Shown here: in pieces, positions 1 through 12,960 of the stretch
Position numbering within the stretch: position 1 is the stretch's first letter
Layout of the letters: each line of letters starts with the position of its first letter
NCBI GenBank assembly: GCA_013265495.1
Contig: MU058000.1
Location: 1,860,001-1,924,000 of the forward strand
Origin: Vicugna vicugna
Lineage: Eukaryota
Length of the DNA: 64,000 nucleotides
Direction: 5' to 3'
The notes under the pieces: model-generated
Told to the model about the DNA's origin: nothing
Seen by the model: the letters and a program-made list of their open reading frames with translations, nothing else
The model's database searches: none
Position numbers and translations under genes: made by a program

Positions 1-719
1 CTGAGTCTGCCCGGAGAGGTGGGAGGATGGGAGATGATGGGGAAGAACATTTCGTTCCAGAGTCTTCCTCATGCCTGTGGCACTGTTAGATGTACTTCGG
101 GGGTGATGAGCACTGATTCCAATCCAAGACATCTCTATCGGAGTTCCACCTTCTCACAGCATTCGCCAGACAATTTGACAGCCACAGGACAGGTTTCCTA
201 GACTCATTTGTGGCCTCCTGAGCCACAAATGTGATAGAAGATTCTCCCGCTGGGAAGTTAAAATATAATGACTACCCTGGGGCAAAATTCAATATAGTAT
301 AAAATAAAAATCAGTAAGAAGACATTCATTGTTACATCAATGGAGTCGAACTGCAGTTAGTCTGTCAACTCACTCTCTTACTGAGTAAAAGCCTGCAATG
401 GAGCCACAATCCTACTTTTGCTTGTTTCGTTTTATTATTTTTTGGTTTTGGTTGCCTTGGTGTTTAGATCACCACAGCTTAAGGTAAGGCCCCAGTGGCC
501 AAATAGCATCTTTTAAAACGTTATTATGCAAGTTATTAAATTTGGGGCATTCATGACGTTTAAAAGTGACTAACATTTTGTAAAAAAAGTGAACTCATCT
601 TTCTCCATTAGACTGTTTCTGTAAGAGTCATGTAAGGAGGTTGTTAGTTTCATTCCTGTGGCTCCTTTAATTTTTGCATTTCCTGGGTGAAATGACCCAG
701 ACCCTGGCACTTCTAGACC

Positions 720-905
720 ACTTATTACATGTCAGGAACTCTTCTGTGGACTTTGCAAGTACTAACACTGTTACCCCTTCCAGCAACCCCACGAGAAAGG
801 TACTGCCATATTTCTCACTTTACAGATGAGGAAACTGAGGCAAAGAATGGTCGAGCTACCCAATTAAGGTCACACAGCTGAGAAGTAACAGTGGCAGACC
901 CCGAA
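720..905 (-). mobile_element. MIR SINE fragment
   Basis: Reverse-complement MIR core 'tttacagatgaggaaactgaggca...aaggtcacacagct'. Confidence 0.85.
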
Positions 906-2961
906 GCTTGTCATCACTGCTTCAGAGAGCCTCTGCGGGAAGCGGATAGGCCTTGCCCCAAAGAGTTCATGTCCTTCACATGACAAAGAAGGTAGGTCAG
1001 AACATGAGAGTAAAACCATAATCCCAAACTGGTCACTCAATAATTTAGACTCTCAGCTTCTAGGCATCCAGATATGTTTCTCAGTGGAGAGAGTCTGTGA
1101 TCTGAGGCCAGTGGCTCTCTCTTCTACAGTTTTGCATAATATGCATACTCTTCACAAAGTTCAGAGTAAGCATTAATAATTGCTTATTAAATCGGTTTGT
1201 ATTTTGTGCCTTCCTTAACCTCATCTGTCGGTGTGTCCCCTCTGCTTACTTGGGCCCATTTGTCCAGGGTTTCTGGGCCGGCCTGTCGGCGTGAATGCCG
1301 CCCTGGACTTTCCAGTTCACTAGTTCTATGTCTTCTTCCGGGGGTGCTCTTTGTAGCCAGTGTCCCAGCCTCTTAAATTATCCCTCTCCTTCATTCTGTT
1401 ATTAGTGGTTAATAGGATGGTGAATTTAATATTTTAGTCTCTGGAAAGTGTTTTGTTATTGTTGTTGTTATCATTTGTTTTAAAAAAAGACTCTCCGATG
1501 AGACTCTGATGGTTGTATTTAAAACACAAAAGCAGAATGACAAAGGGGAAAAGGTTTATGCAAGAAACTATATTTCCAGTTTCTGGAATCAGGCAGAGTA
1601 TCAGGTGTCTGCTCTGCGTACAGTGTAAGTGTGGTCTGGTTCTGAGGACAAGCCTTGCACAGGAGTCCTGGGACATCAGCTGCCTTTTCAGTCCACCAAT
1701 CAAACAAGCGATTATAACCAGTGCCAGTTATAATCTGCCCCCACAACCACGCTTGGTGCTTGGTATTAAAGATCCGGTTGCACCGTGCTGACTCCACGTT
1801 CCTGAATACACAACCCCCCTGGCCTTTGTGGATGCTATTCTTCTGTCTGGAATAATTTTCCTCCAGCCTCCCCGCAGCTCCCCTCCTCATGTGCACCCTT
1901 CCCCTCATGCCGAGTACTGCAAGGGGCGGGGCACAGTTTCAATAGGAACTCATCCTTAAGGGAATATGAAATGTTGTTTCCTCTGTGCCCATTTCATAGG
2001 CTTATCTCCTAAACATCCTGAAGGGACCAGAGTGTACCCCTGCATCACAGATGGCCAGCGTGTTGTCTCTGTATGTAGTTTTTGAACATATTTAGGGTGT
2101 GATTTTTATCTTGGTTTAATTTTCAAGCGTACTTTTTCTTTGCCTTATATTTGCCATTCTCTAAATCCAAGGTATCATCTTTCTTAAGCTGTATGAACTC
2201 TAAACTCTCCCTTACTAAGTCTATGAAAAAAAAAAAGGAATTTAAAGAGAATTTTTTTTTACTGCATTTTACAATGGGGGAAAAGAGAAAGATATCCAAG
2301 TTGCCAAGAAAATTAACTCAAATTTAAGCCAATTTGCCCAAGATGGGCTGCTACTGAAGATATTTTTATTATTGAGGATGAAATAAGACATGAAAGACAA
2401 ATATATTTTAAATAATGTGTATTTTAACTTTGTGTTTGATACTTGTTAGGTATTAACTGTGGCCCAGTAACTATTAGGTATTGGAAATACAGAGGTGAGT
2501 AAGTTCACAACAGAAGTTAGAAAGTAAAAAAAATAACAATGGATCCGATCTAATATGCTTTTATAAATGTAAATTTTCAAAAATCAAAATTAACCTGTAA
2601 TAGAGTATGACTTGTCATTTTGTTTGGAAGCCTTTAAGGACTCGTATTTTTCCTCTACTGCCTGTACCTTTGTGAGACCCCCTATGGGCCTGGCTAATTG
2701 CAGATACTTGAAGTGGAAGCACCTGAAGACACTAGGAGTGGATACTCCAGTAAAGGGAGAATGTGGAACAAGAAGAGAAAAGGCTAAATGAAGAATCTGC
2801 ACCCTGATTAGGGCCTTTAATGAGATCCATTAATGTAGATGCTGCAGACCAACCTGGAGTAAGGCTCCTGTAAGCTTCCTGTCGATTAAACTATTAGTTA
2901 TCTTCAGGGCATCAGAGAATAAAGAGGGGAGGGAGCCAGGTTAGGGAATAAGTGGCAAGTG

Positions 2962-3040
2962 TGAAAGAAGAAAGGAAGGAAATAAGGAAGGAAGGAAAGA
3001 AGGAGGAAAGAGGGAAAGAAGGAGGAACAGAGGAAGGAAA
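2962..3040. repeat. Imperfect (GGAA)n purine-rich simple repeat
   Basis: gaaagaagaaaggaaggaaataaggaaggaaggaaagaaggagg... Confidence 0.9.
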
Positions 3041-4567
3041 CTCTCTCTAATGAAATATACACTTGTCATTTATCCCTTCTTCCTGGAGTTCAGTCCTTTC
3101 TGTCAACCCAACGTCTCTAACGCTTCACTTTCCCGTATTATCATTAGGGACCCTTCTTAGAAATGTATTTTCTTTTTGGCAGTCTTGGTGTTACATTTTC
3201 CCCTGCACTTTGATGCAGATAGATATGCCTACCTGGAGCCTATTTGTTCAGGTGGTCTGGAATAAATCACATATGATAGCCTCCTCCGTGGAGACATGGC
3301 TGAACATTAGGTCATTCTCTCCTCTGTTTCCTGTATTTTTGGAAGTCACTCATGCAGCAGCTGTGGCCCCCTCTTAGAGTGGGCAAGGGGCACTTCTCCT
3401 CCAGGTGTTGTTTCCCAGTTGTACTAATGTTTTCCTTCCATAGCCTGTGTATATTGATCAGGCCTTGCCAAGTATAATATTCTCCTTTCATGTAGAAAAT
3501 AATTTTCAGTCCTAGCGTCCATCTGAGAATGACCTAAGAACATCTAGAACACATGATAACTTTCCCAGAGTGAACGTGTTCTCTTAGGAGTTTATGCTTA
3601 GAGAGGTTCTGACGTGTAGATTTTCAGATGCTTCATTTTATTAGTGAAGAAAAATCATTTACTAGAAAAAAAATTAGGAGGAGAGTTTGGTAGTCTTCAT
3701 ATTCAGAGAGTCGAGTTGGAGTAACTGAGATTTTAGCAATTTTTAAAGAAAATAAACAACTTTATTGAAAGAAAAAAGTATGTTGTTATTAGAACTGAGT
3801 AGAAGGTCAAAGTTCAGTCACAGGAATAAGAAAAGAAAACTGAGTTAATAGATCTTGGTGTCTAGGTAAGAATTACTCCATCCTGCCCAGGTTTTATCTA
3901 TTAGAGTTTAAATTCCCCTGGCTTAGGAGAGGATCAACCCCAGTGCCTGAGATAGCTGCTGACCTGTGTATGGGAAACAAGCGGCCACAGCTGCGGGGGA
4001 TGGAGGACTCGTGTGACAGGGGTCATATTCCTTTGTGTAAAATAAAGATAATCCACACATGCTATGGCCATCACAATCTCTTAGGTACTCTGGAAAGGAT
4101 TATCAATAAAGTCATCCAAATATCCATACTGAAATTAGATCTGCAGAATCTAAGAGCTGATTTTAGTATATTGGAATGGCAAGGCATAAACTACCTTGGG
4201 TAAGAAATGAGAATGACTTCACCAAGCGAAAAGAAACCAAATGTAACATTAATCAATAAAGCAGACATATTTCATATGAACTCAATTAACACAATGCTTT
4301 GAATGTGGTGTCCTAGTTTTTTTTTTTTTTTTTTTTTGATGAAATTTGAGCCTACCATGATGCTACAGCATGAAATTTCACAGAATTCTTTGCTTGGTTT
4401 CTATTTTTGTTAGGAACACACAAAAAAAAATACAAAGGAGGATTTAAAAGAGATACAAGGTCACTTGAACATTTCTTCAGTACAGATGCAATAAATATAA
4501 TTTCTAGTTTCATTCCATTGCTCAAGTGCCATGTTCAGACTTTGGAATTTTTTTTGATTGCCCCTTC

Positions 4568-4608
4568 AGAAATTATGATATCCCCCCAAAAAAGAAATTA
4601 TGATATCC
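4568..4608. repeat. 16-bp direct repeat flanking a 9-nt spacer
   Basis: agaaattatgatatcc at 4568-4583 and 4593-4608, spacer ccccaaaaa. Confidence 0.9.
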
Positions 4609-5229
4609 GTATAGGGTAGGAACCATCTTTCAAAACATGAAAAATTTGTTAAATAAATTATGACACTAGTATGCATGTTTAAGTGAATCCAACCTTATGA
4701 TTGAATGAAAACATAAGAATGTTTTCCTATCCATTTCAGATTAGTTGTTTTTTTTCTGAAATGAGAATCCTGACCATGTTACTTAGTATGAAAAAAAAAA
4801 AACCAAATGGTCAAATCATGCATATCATAATCACAGAGAGATTTCACTTAGATCATTACTTAAAATATAAAATAATCAACACAACATAAAACATAAATAT
4901 AAGAAAGTTTGAATTGTATTGTTTTTCAGCAAAGTTATATCAAGACCTACTATGTGCCAGGTTATATTACTATCTTGCATATATCCTTCCGATAACTTCT
5001 CATTACCATTAGAATAAACTGCTGTTTTCTTACCATTTCCTCCAAGGTCTAACCTGAGCATATGGATTTCTGATTCACTCTTCTCAACAAGCAGATTTCC
5101 CTTCTGTTTCTATAAATCCCCGAAGTCCAGAGTCTTTGCACTGACATCTCTTAGCAACACACATCCCCTTCCCACACTAGTTGCTAACCTCTGCTCCTTA
5201 GATGATTGATTCTTTTTCATACTTTACAA

Positions 5230-5450
5230 CTGAACTCAAATGTCACTTCTTCAAAGTGGCCTTTGACTGCCCTTATTCAATTTCTATCATGACTTTTGTC
5301 ATTAATTGATTTTTTCTGTTAATTTTTTAGTTGTATATTTTTTGATGTTCTCTACTTCGAGAAGGAAGAGCTTGTGGATTTCGTACCTATTTCATTCTAA
5401 ATGCCCAGAATTGTACCTATCACAAAATAGATTTTCCATAAATATGCTTT
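5230..5450 (+). mobile_element. L2 LINE 3' fragment
   Basis: 'ctcaaatgtcacttcttca...' and a degenerate L2 3' end 'cccagaattgtacctatcacaaaatag...cataaatat'. Confidence 0.55.
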
Positions 5451-6258
5451 GCATGTTCTAGATGCTAGGGACGTAATTGCAAACATAGAGTTTTGAGTTT
5501 GACCTTACAGAGTTTATGATCTCTAATGAATAAGATATGACTTTCAGAGACATAGCCAAAGAAAGGTGTATTGTTGTTTTTGTTGTTATTCATTTACAAC
5601 ATCATCCAGTTTTGCCCTGTGAGCACAGGGTTTCCTATGCATTGTCACAGCTCTGGCATTATTGTGGAGTAGGTGAATTTATCCATATAGCAAAGTTGAA
5701 GAAAGAGATCTAGCTCATATTTATTGCAAAGAAAGAAAATACTTAAGTTTGGAATTTTTATCAAGAAATTTGTAATGTATTTACAATGTCTCATGATCCC
5801 TAGTATGCAAAGATACCTTTATTCTTGCTTGTCATTTGTTTCATAATCAAGCAATGCTCACATTTTAAAGACTACAAGTTTAGGAAGGGCAAATATTTTC
5901 CCTTTATTATCTTAAAGATAGACAAATTAATTACGTGGGTCAATAAGATGTTCATACCATGAATAATGAGACTAACCTTCCATTGTTGAATTGCTGAACA
6001 TTATTTTTTGGATGTAAGTTTTAATACATTCTTTTGAGAGGAGAATAAAAAAGGCTGGGAAATAATAATAACAAAAATGTTGCTACATTATTGCCATGAA
6101 GTTTATGGCATTTATGGTTAAAGTTGTGTTTACAGGGAAACAAATATCCAAGTAATAAATGAAATTTTATTTAGCTGCACAGATGTTTTGATGTAACAAT
6201 TCCAAATAGATATGTTTCTAAAATTTCTCATATTTTCCCACCCTTAGAAATGAAACTT

Positions 6259-6374
6259 CAGTTTTCCAAAAAAAAAAAGAAAAAATTCCAAATGCTTAAA
6301 CCGTTTTTAAACTGTCCAGTTTTTCAAAAAAAAAAAGAAAAAATTCCAAATGCTTAAACCGTTTTTAAACTGTC
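6259..6374. repeat. 58-bp tandem duplication (2 copies, 1 mismatch)
   Basis: cagtttt(c/t)c-A11-gaaaaaattccaaatgcttaaaccgtttttaaactgtc at 6259-6316 and 6317-6374. Confidence 0.95.
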
Positions 6375-6429
6375 CTTTACTCTTTGTAATTTCTTTTCTA
6401 ATACCTTTGCTTATGTTATTTTTCCTTCT

Positions 6430-6730
6430 TTATGAGCTCTATTCTTCTATCTCTGCCTTCTAAACCTTACTTGAAAATCCTGTCACTTATACATGATAAG
6501 CATTTCCTCAGTCCCCTAAGAGATTATGATCATTGACTTTAACCTCATAGCACCAGGTACATTTCCAACGGTCTTAATCTGTTTGGGTCTGTTTTGTGTA
6601 TTTGTTGCAACTAATAAATGTTAAGATGCCTGAGAGCAGATAATGTTTTCATTCATATTTGCATCCCCTTAGCACCTAGCATAGATTCTGGGACATAGCA
6701 TTGTTCAATAAATCTTTTATAAATTGAATA
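6430..6730 (+). mobile_element. L2 LINE 3' end
   Basis: 'tgttaagatgcctgagagcaga...catcccccttagcacctagcatagattctgggacatag...ttcaataaat' resembles the L2 3' terminus. Confidence 0.75.
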
Positions 6731-7179
6731 TCATTATGATTTAAATTTCAAGAGCATTACAAAAGAAGTTGTCCTGGGAACTAGCTTGGGTTAACAGTTG
6801 CAGTTGATATCAGTAATACTATTCCCCTTATGAGTAAAGCATCTATCTAATTTTTCTCTTGATGTCAATAAGGAAAAAAATATACCAGAAATTTGAACCA
6901 ATAACATATTCACAAGAGAACTGAACATTTCAGTTTATCTAATTTTATATTACAACCTATTAAAATATAAAACAACTACAATTTCCACAAAACATCCCAG
7001 TGCCTCAGTGACTTCTGAAGAAATAAAGTTTCTTATAATCATTTTTTATTTTGCTTGTTAAATTGCACATGGCATAAGCAAGCAAACTTCTTTTTTTCCT
7101 CTTCAGACATCAGATTACGAAATACACAGTTAAAGACCAAGCCCCTCCTTTGGTCTTTAGATACAGCATAAAGCCAACA

Positions 7180-7302
7180 TCAATCTTGTAATAACTTATA
7201 ATGAAAAGAATGTGAAAAAGAATATATATCTATCAGAATCACTATGCTGTACACCAGAAAGTAAAACAACATTGTAAATCAACTAAACTTCAATTAAAAA
7301 AA
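7180..7302 (+). mobile_element. 5'-truncated L1 3' end (cetartiodactyl/camelid type)
   Basis: 'tcttgtaataacttataatgaaaagaa...tgctgtacaccagaaa...aacattgtaaatcaactaaacttcaattaaaaaaa'; possible TSD agccaaca at 7172-7179 and 7305-7312. Confidence 0.85.
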
Positions 7303-8473
7303 GCAGCCAACAGCAAATACTTCACCAAGGAAATGATTGAAGGAGAGAACTCATGTCTAAAATTTTAAAGAGTTCTAAGATTCATCTCAAATTGCAGATG
7401 TTTGATGACACACATGGTTAAAATGTGTCAGATTAATGTTTAAAGAATTACTAAGAACAATTAACATGAACAAGACTAGAATGTCTTGAAGTGATACTGT
7501 GATGAAGGGGGAGAAATCTAAGGGGGGTCCTGAGCATTCCACAGTAGCAGAGAAAAAATACCAGATGTAAGGACTCAGGGATGAGGACCTTAACAGTGGC
7601 TCCAATAATTACAATTTTAGATTTATTTAAAAAAATCAAACAAACTAAAGGCAATGAAACTTTCATTATAATTACTGCTTCTCAGATAATTATATTGGAC
7701 ATGTATTTTACAGATACCAGAGGACCATGTACTCCATCAATAGGCCAAAAAATTCAGTGAAAGGCAAAAAAAGTAAAATGTGTCATCTGGGCAAATGCTC
7801 GCCAGTTATTTGTAAAATTGACTGTCATACGATTCCTTTCTCTTGGGGAGTAGGCTCAGTCTTCAACACTGAATTGACTCTGTAACTTTGTTTGTGAAAT
7901 AAAACATAAATTATTGTAAGAAGTAAGACAAAAAGTATTATAATGTTAGAAATGTTAAATTACAATGGTTAAAAATTACTCCCTCTTCCAGAGTGGCTAT
8001 TGGAAGCAAAATGCCATATTATTACAATTATTAATTGTATTCTTTGCCACCTCTTACCCTGATATATAATAGACTATTTGGGGAAATATTCCTCGTAAGC
8101 TTTGATTTTTTTTTTTTTTTTTGCCATTTTGTTATTAGCTTAGTTTAGACCTATACTGGTCCCAGATTTTCCTAACAGGATTCTAATCATTCTCCCTGCC
8201 CCTAGTAATCCTCTTCTAACATCTCTCCAAATTGTCATTGGAGTTTTCTTTTAAAATATCCAAACTGATCATATCACTTTTCTGCTTAAAATTTGCCTCT
8301 TTCCCACCATTATATGCAGAATAAGAAACAAACTTTTAATAATTCTCACTGGTCACTTTTTCTTGCAGCCACACTAACTTGTTTATTGATTGCTCTATAG
8401 AAATACTGACTGAGCGTTTCCCATCTCCCAAATACTGTGCTTACACTTCACAGACATCATCATATTTATTCCT

Positions 8474-8891
8474 TGTAGTGGACACTGTTGATGCGCCAGC
8501 CAGATCTCCTTTCCTGGCCAGTTCCACCCTCTGCTAATGACTAAAAAGACTTGCTCTCTGTCGAATGGGAGCTGCTTCACCCAGGAGGTTACACACTCCT
8601 CACTCCCGCTCTTCATCCCACTTGCGGACGATGACTGACAGGAGTTGAAGAGCCAACCCCCTCGCCTCCTAGTGGGAGTAGCTCTGGACGCTTCATGCTT
8701 TTCAAACTTTCCATGGGATCAGACCAAGGCTGAAACTGGTCTCCAGCTGAGACCACATCCTTGCTTAGCGTATTTTTCCTTGTCTCGTCCATGCTTCGCA
8801 TTCCTTGTCTCCTGACAGCCCTCTTTCTACAAAGCCTCAGCACAAAAGTCTGCTTCTCAGGTTCTGCCTGCTGGAAACCTAACCTAAGGTG
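8474..8891 (+). mobile_element. ERVL solo LTR, LTR16-like
   Basis: Starts tgtagtggacactgttgatgcgccagccagatc; ends ...ctcaggttctgcctgctggaaacctaacctaagg; near-matching 5-bp flanks ttcct/tttct. Confidence 0.75.
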
Positions 8892-9349
8892 TTTCTCAGA
8901 TGAACTTCATGCAGCTGGTATTGCTGCTGTCATTTTGCTTATGAGAGACTCGGGGTTCAAAAAAATAAGTTACTTCTTCTATCCTTTCATAATAAGTGAT
9001 ACATTATTTCAAAATAATTGGAAAATTATTACCGTAGTTCACCAGTGCAAATGGCTTTAGAGTTCAGGCTGGCAACACGCATGTGAACAAGCTCAGGTAC
9101 AGCTTTGGAATAGTTGTTGAAACTAGACCTTGGATCCCCACAAAATCCATTCAGTTTCTATCTCATTTGTTTTAAAATGACTTTTATGGACCGAAATTGA
9201 TCTTTGGCTGCAGGTCTGTAATTTCAGTCCCAAAGTCCCAAATGAATAAGGGCATACATTTCAATATATTTACTTTATTTGAGACACCAGACTAAATGAT
9301 GTAGTATGTGGTCTGACTGAGCCCACACTGTACTGTGTAAACTGGATGT

Positions 9350-9887
9350 GTGTGGTAGACACACTACTGGTCGTGTCCCCTACAGCTGTCTCTTTCTCCT
9401 TTTGCCTTTTCCGGGAAGAACTTAATTGCATCAAAATGGATGAAAAAGGCAGAGCCTTTCCCAGTCTGTCTTGAGGCTAGCAATGGTCATGTGACCACAT
9501 TCTCTCCTTTGGAATTCTGGGAATGATTCTCCTCCTTGATTAAAAAGGAAAAAAACAAAAAAACAAAAAAAGAAGATGCCCAATAAGTAAGTGCAACCTA
9601 TTGATCCTGGTGTTCCTCTGAGAATGTGCTACATAAGTCTGCTACAGACACCTTCTGACCGCAGAGGTGGACAGTGACAACACAGTGAGGGCAGGGATCA
9701 GGGAAGAAATGGTGAAGTTCAGGGCACTTGATGAAGATAAACATAAGCACTGAACCAACGCTGAGGCTCTTTCCTGCAGGTTTTTTCTGTTCTGTTAAAG
9801 AAAAAAAAAAAAAAAAGAACACACTGTTGCTTGAGTCACCTTTAGTTGGGATTCTGTTACTTGCAGCAAAAAGCATCCCAATGGACA
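9350..9887 (+). mobile_element. MaLR LTR, MLT1I/J/K-like
   Basis: 'tttcccagtctgtcttgaggctagcaatggtcatgtgacc' and 3' end 'gttgggattctgttacttgcagcaaaaagcatcccaatggaca'. Confidence 0.75.
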
Positions 9888-10354
9888 TGATGTGAAAAAA
9901 GGAAGCCTCAGATCATTTCAGTGACTTGATCAATGTTCTTTATGGTTAGTGGGAGTGTTAGCATTCAGACCTGGGCCACCTGACACTTCTGTGAAGAGGG
10001 TTCCTCCTTCCACAGCACTCAGTGTTTATGAAGACGTCTGCTTTCCTGTATGGTTTTCATTAGGCTTCTTTCAAATGCGATGTTGACTGAGTGGCTCAGG
10101 ACATCTGGGTTTCACAGTGATGATAAGCATAGGGAAGACGGCTTCACTGAGGTGTTGGAGATGAGCACCCTGCTTATTTTTGTTCTCTTGAAAGTATGAA
10201 AATAAACCTTTGCCTTCTGAAGTAGTTGAACATCAAAAATAGCACACTTTTCTACCACCTGTTCACTTTTCTCTCAGGAAAAAAAATATTTTATATGAGT
10301 GAAGAACAAGATCATTTGATGCGAATATTGAGTCTCATTTTTTTTTTTTCATAG

Positions 10355-10510
10355 GTGTTATTGTCGCTACCCAGGAGATTTTTCAAAAGGCACATTTAAA
10401 CAGTCTGGAAAGTTTAGCCCTCTACCTCAGCACATGTAGTGTATCAAAAAAGGGAAAGCAAGAATACCCATCTGAAAAGAAAGTCTTCAAGTCCTGCATG
10501 AGAGGAAAAC
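10355..10510 (+). other. Candidate 156-nt internal exon (unverified)
   Basis: T-tract + catAG acceptor, AAC|GTACGT donor, length divisible by 3, one open frame; peptide not recognised. Confidence 0.2.
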
Positions 10511-11099
10511 GTACGTCTTCAAATAGAGATTTACATAAAATCACCATATCATTTGCATTAAAGACGATGTTTTGTATTGCAGGTATCTGCTGTTTACAAA
10601 TTTAAGTTTGAAAGAGTAAGTGTTTTTTACGATCAACTTGGCATTTCTCAGGACTTTGATCCATAGATTGCAAAATGCTTATTAGTTTTTCTTTCTTCTT
10701 TTTTTTTTTCTGAGAGAGTCTTCAGAATGAGGCTCAGTAATCATGGTCTCATTACTCCAGTGAAGTTTCCATCTAATATGTTACAGATAATCACTGTTAT
10801 AGTAGAAATGCCAGAAAAGCGTAAATACCCAAGGGGAAAGAATTTAGAAGGAAGATATCTGTTAACAGGATGAAATTGAATAAGGGCAAATGAAGTATAA
10901 ACAGTTGATTATTAGAAAAAAACTTCAGTAGTTTCTCAATCAAGAGATAGCAACTATTTCCTTTGGGAATAAGTCAGAATAATTTGAAATGTTCCAAACT
11001 GCTTTGTCTGATAAAAAAAAAGAAAAAAGAGTAATACTGCTTTTTACGGTCCTTTGCAATTTAAAATGGATTACTATATGCATTTTATCATCTGATTGT

Positions 11100-11250
11100 T
11101 ACCATTTTCCTATAAAGTACATTGGCTAAGGATTACTATTTCATTGTTTTACAGATTATGAAACTGAGACATAAAAAAGTTACTTGTCTAAGGTCACAGG
11201 CAGTAATCGGCTGATTTCGGTCTAACTTCTAGAATTCTATAGTTTTTATA
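11100..11250 (-). mobile_element. MIR SINE fragment
   Basis: 'ttttacagattatgaaactgagacata...acttgtctaaggtcacag'. Confidence 0.75.
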
Positions 11251-11479
11251 AATGTCACAGTTAGAAGTTCTGAATAACTGAACTTGAATGGAATATAGTT
11301 TTCTGCAGTTTCCTATTTTAGTTGTTAAGCAAAAGATTTTTTTTTAATATTTCAGTGTTTTCTGCTTTTATTATTATAGAAGAATACAGAAGGGTAAGAA
11401 TCAAGTTGCCTCTTCGAAAATTGAAGAAGAATTTTAAAAAAATAATAGGAGATAAAACTTTCATAAACTGGAACTATTT

Positions 11480-11605
11480 TACATGGAAGTCTTTTATATA
11501 TTGATCTGGGTGATGATTACACAGGATATACCCAAGTAAAAATGATCAAACTGCATATTTAAGATGAATATACTTTCCTTGTCAGATTTATCTTGATAAA
11601 AATAA
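11480..11605 (+). mobile_element. Old L1M 3' end fragment
   Basis: 'tatattgatctgggtgatgattacacagga...gtaaaaatgatcaaactgcatatttaagat'. Confidence 0.7.
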
Positions 11606-12839
11606 GAATATATGTGTGTATATATTTATACTATATATAAGTGTATGTATGTGTATATATATATATATTTTCTTTCACATCTATAATGATTTCATGCATT
11701 CATGTAGAACTCTTTGGTATATAATATTAATGTTGTATTGGCAACTTTGTCCAATGCTCACTTTGTTACATAGACATAAAACTGTTTCTTTTTTTATTGT
11801 GCATATGATAAACTGCTCAATAAAAATATAAAATTCATTATTAATTATGGGTAAAATGGCCAAGTTACACAATGATACATTTTTTGGAACTGTTTTGCAT
11901 TCTCCACTTCTAATACCTAAAGACCAATGGGCACAGAAAAGATACGCAATAAATATATCACCCATTGGTGGAGTGAAAGAAACTTCAAAAATACAAGATG
12001 TGACTTTGACAAATCTTGCAAGCTTCATTTCCTTCTCTACCCATGTCTAGACTACATCTTAATTCAATGTGCTTCTTGGCTGCTCAGACTCACTGGACCT
12101 CCCTTGGTCAATCCCTCTCCATGCTCCAAAGATTTCCATGAAGTTATCTCAGCTTGTTCCAACAAAGCATATGTGCCCATGTTCGTCACTCTGGCTTTCC
12201 TCACCTGTGAAGTGGCCTCGTTTAGCTGGAAGAAGGGGATGGGTAAGATGTGTGCGTATGTGTGTATGTGCCTGTGTGTACAGAGGGGGCAATGAGTTGA
12301 TGATTAATGAGAAGATAGGTACTATGCTGGATATTTTACATATGTTAATAAATCCTCACAACACTACAAGATACGAATTGATCTCAAAGTAATTAAATAT
12401 TGTGCTAAATTTTGTCTATTTGAAATAAAGCTAAGAAGAAAAACCAAGTATGTCTCACTCTGAAGGAAATTTTATTATTATTCCATATTATAATACTAAT
12501 TCTTATCCATATTCTACTAGAAATATGGAACTCTTTGGTGCCTTTGGGACTCGCTAGATGTGTCTATAATATATGAATATGTGTATAATATATGTTTCTA
12601 GATAAATAAATATATACATAGTCTTCAGAATAAATGCATAAATATATTCCAAGAAAAGTAAATTGCTCAGTGTTTCAGTTAATTGGGACTAAAATGTAGA
12701 CCTTCCAATTACTATTATGAGATGATTTCCTATACATGAAGTACTAAGGTGCTAAATGTTCATCCAATGATGTATCATCTTTCCCACGTATCATAGACGT
12801 TTTTTTCCACTGTTTTTTAATCACATGTATTTTCTCATT

Positions 12840-12960
12840 TCTCATACTAGACATGGAGCTTTGAGATTGAAATCCCTGTCATTTATTTGTTTATTTTAAT
12901 TCTAAAGCAGGGCTTGGCATCTACTAGGTACGCAATACTATCTGCTGAATGAATGAAGAA
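12840..12960 (+). mobile_element. L2 LINE 3' end
   Basis: 'gcagggcttggcatctactaggtacgcaatactatctgctgaatgaatgaa'. Confidence 0.7.

Noticed and set aside
205..231. 10-bp stem hairpin catttgtggc/gccacaaatg
   Set aside because: About one such stem is expected by chance in 64 kb, and it is too short for a pre-miRNA.
6259..6374. CRISPR-like or prokaryotic repeat array
   Set aside because: Only two adjacent copies with no spacers, in plainly mammalian sequence.
7131..7159. 10-bp stem hairpin taaagaccaa/ttggtcttta
   Set aside because: Chance-level length with no supporting context.
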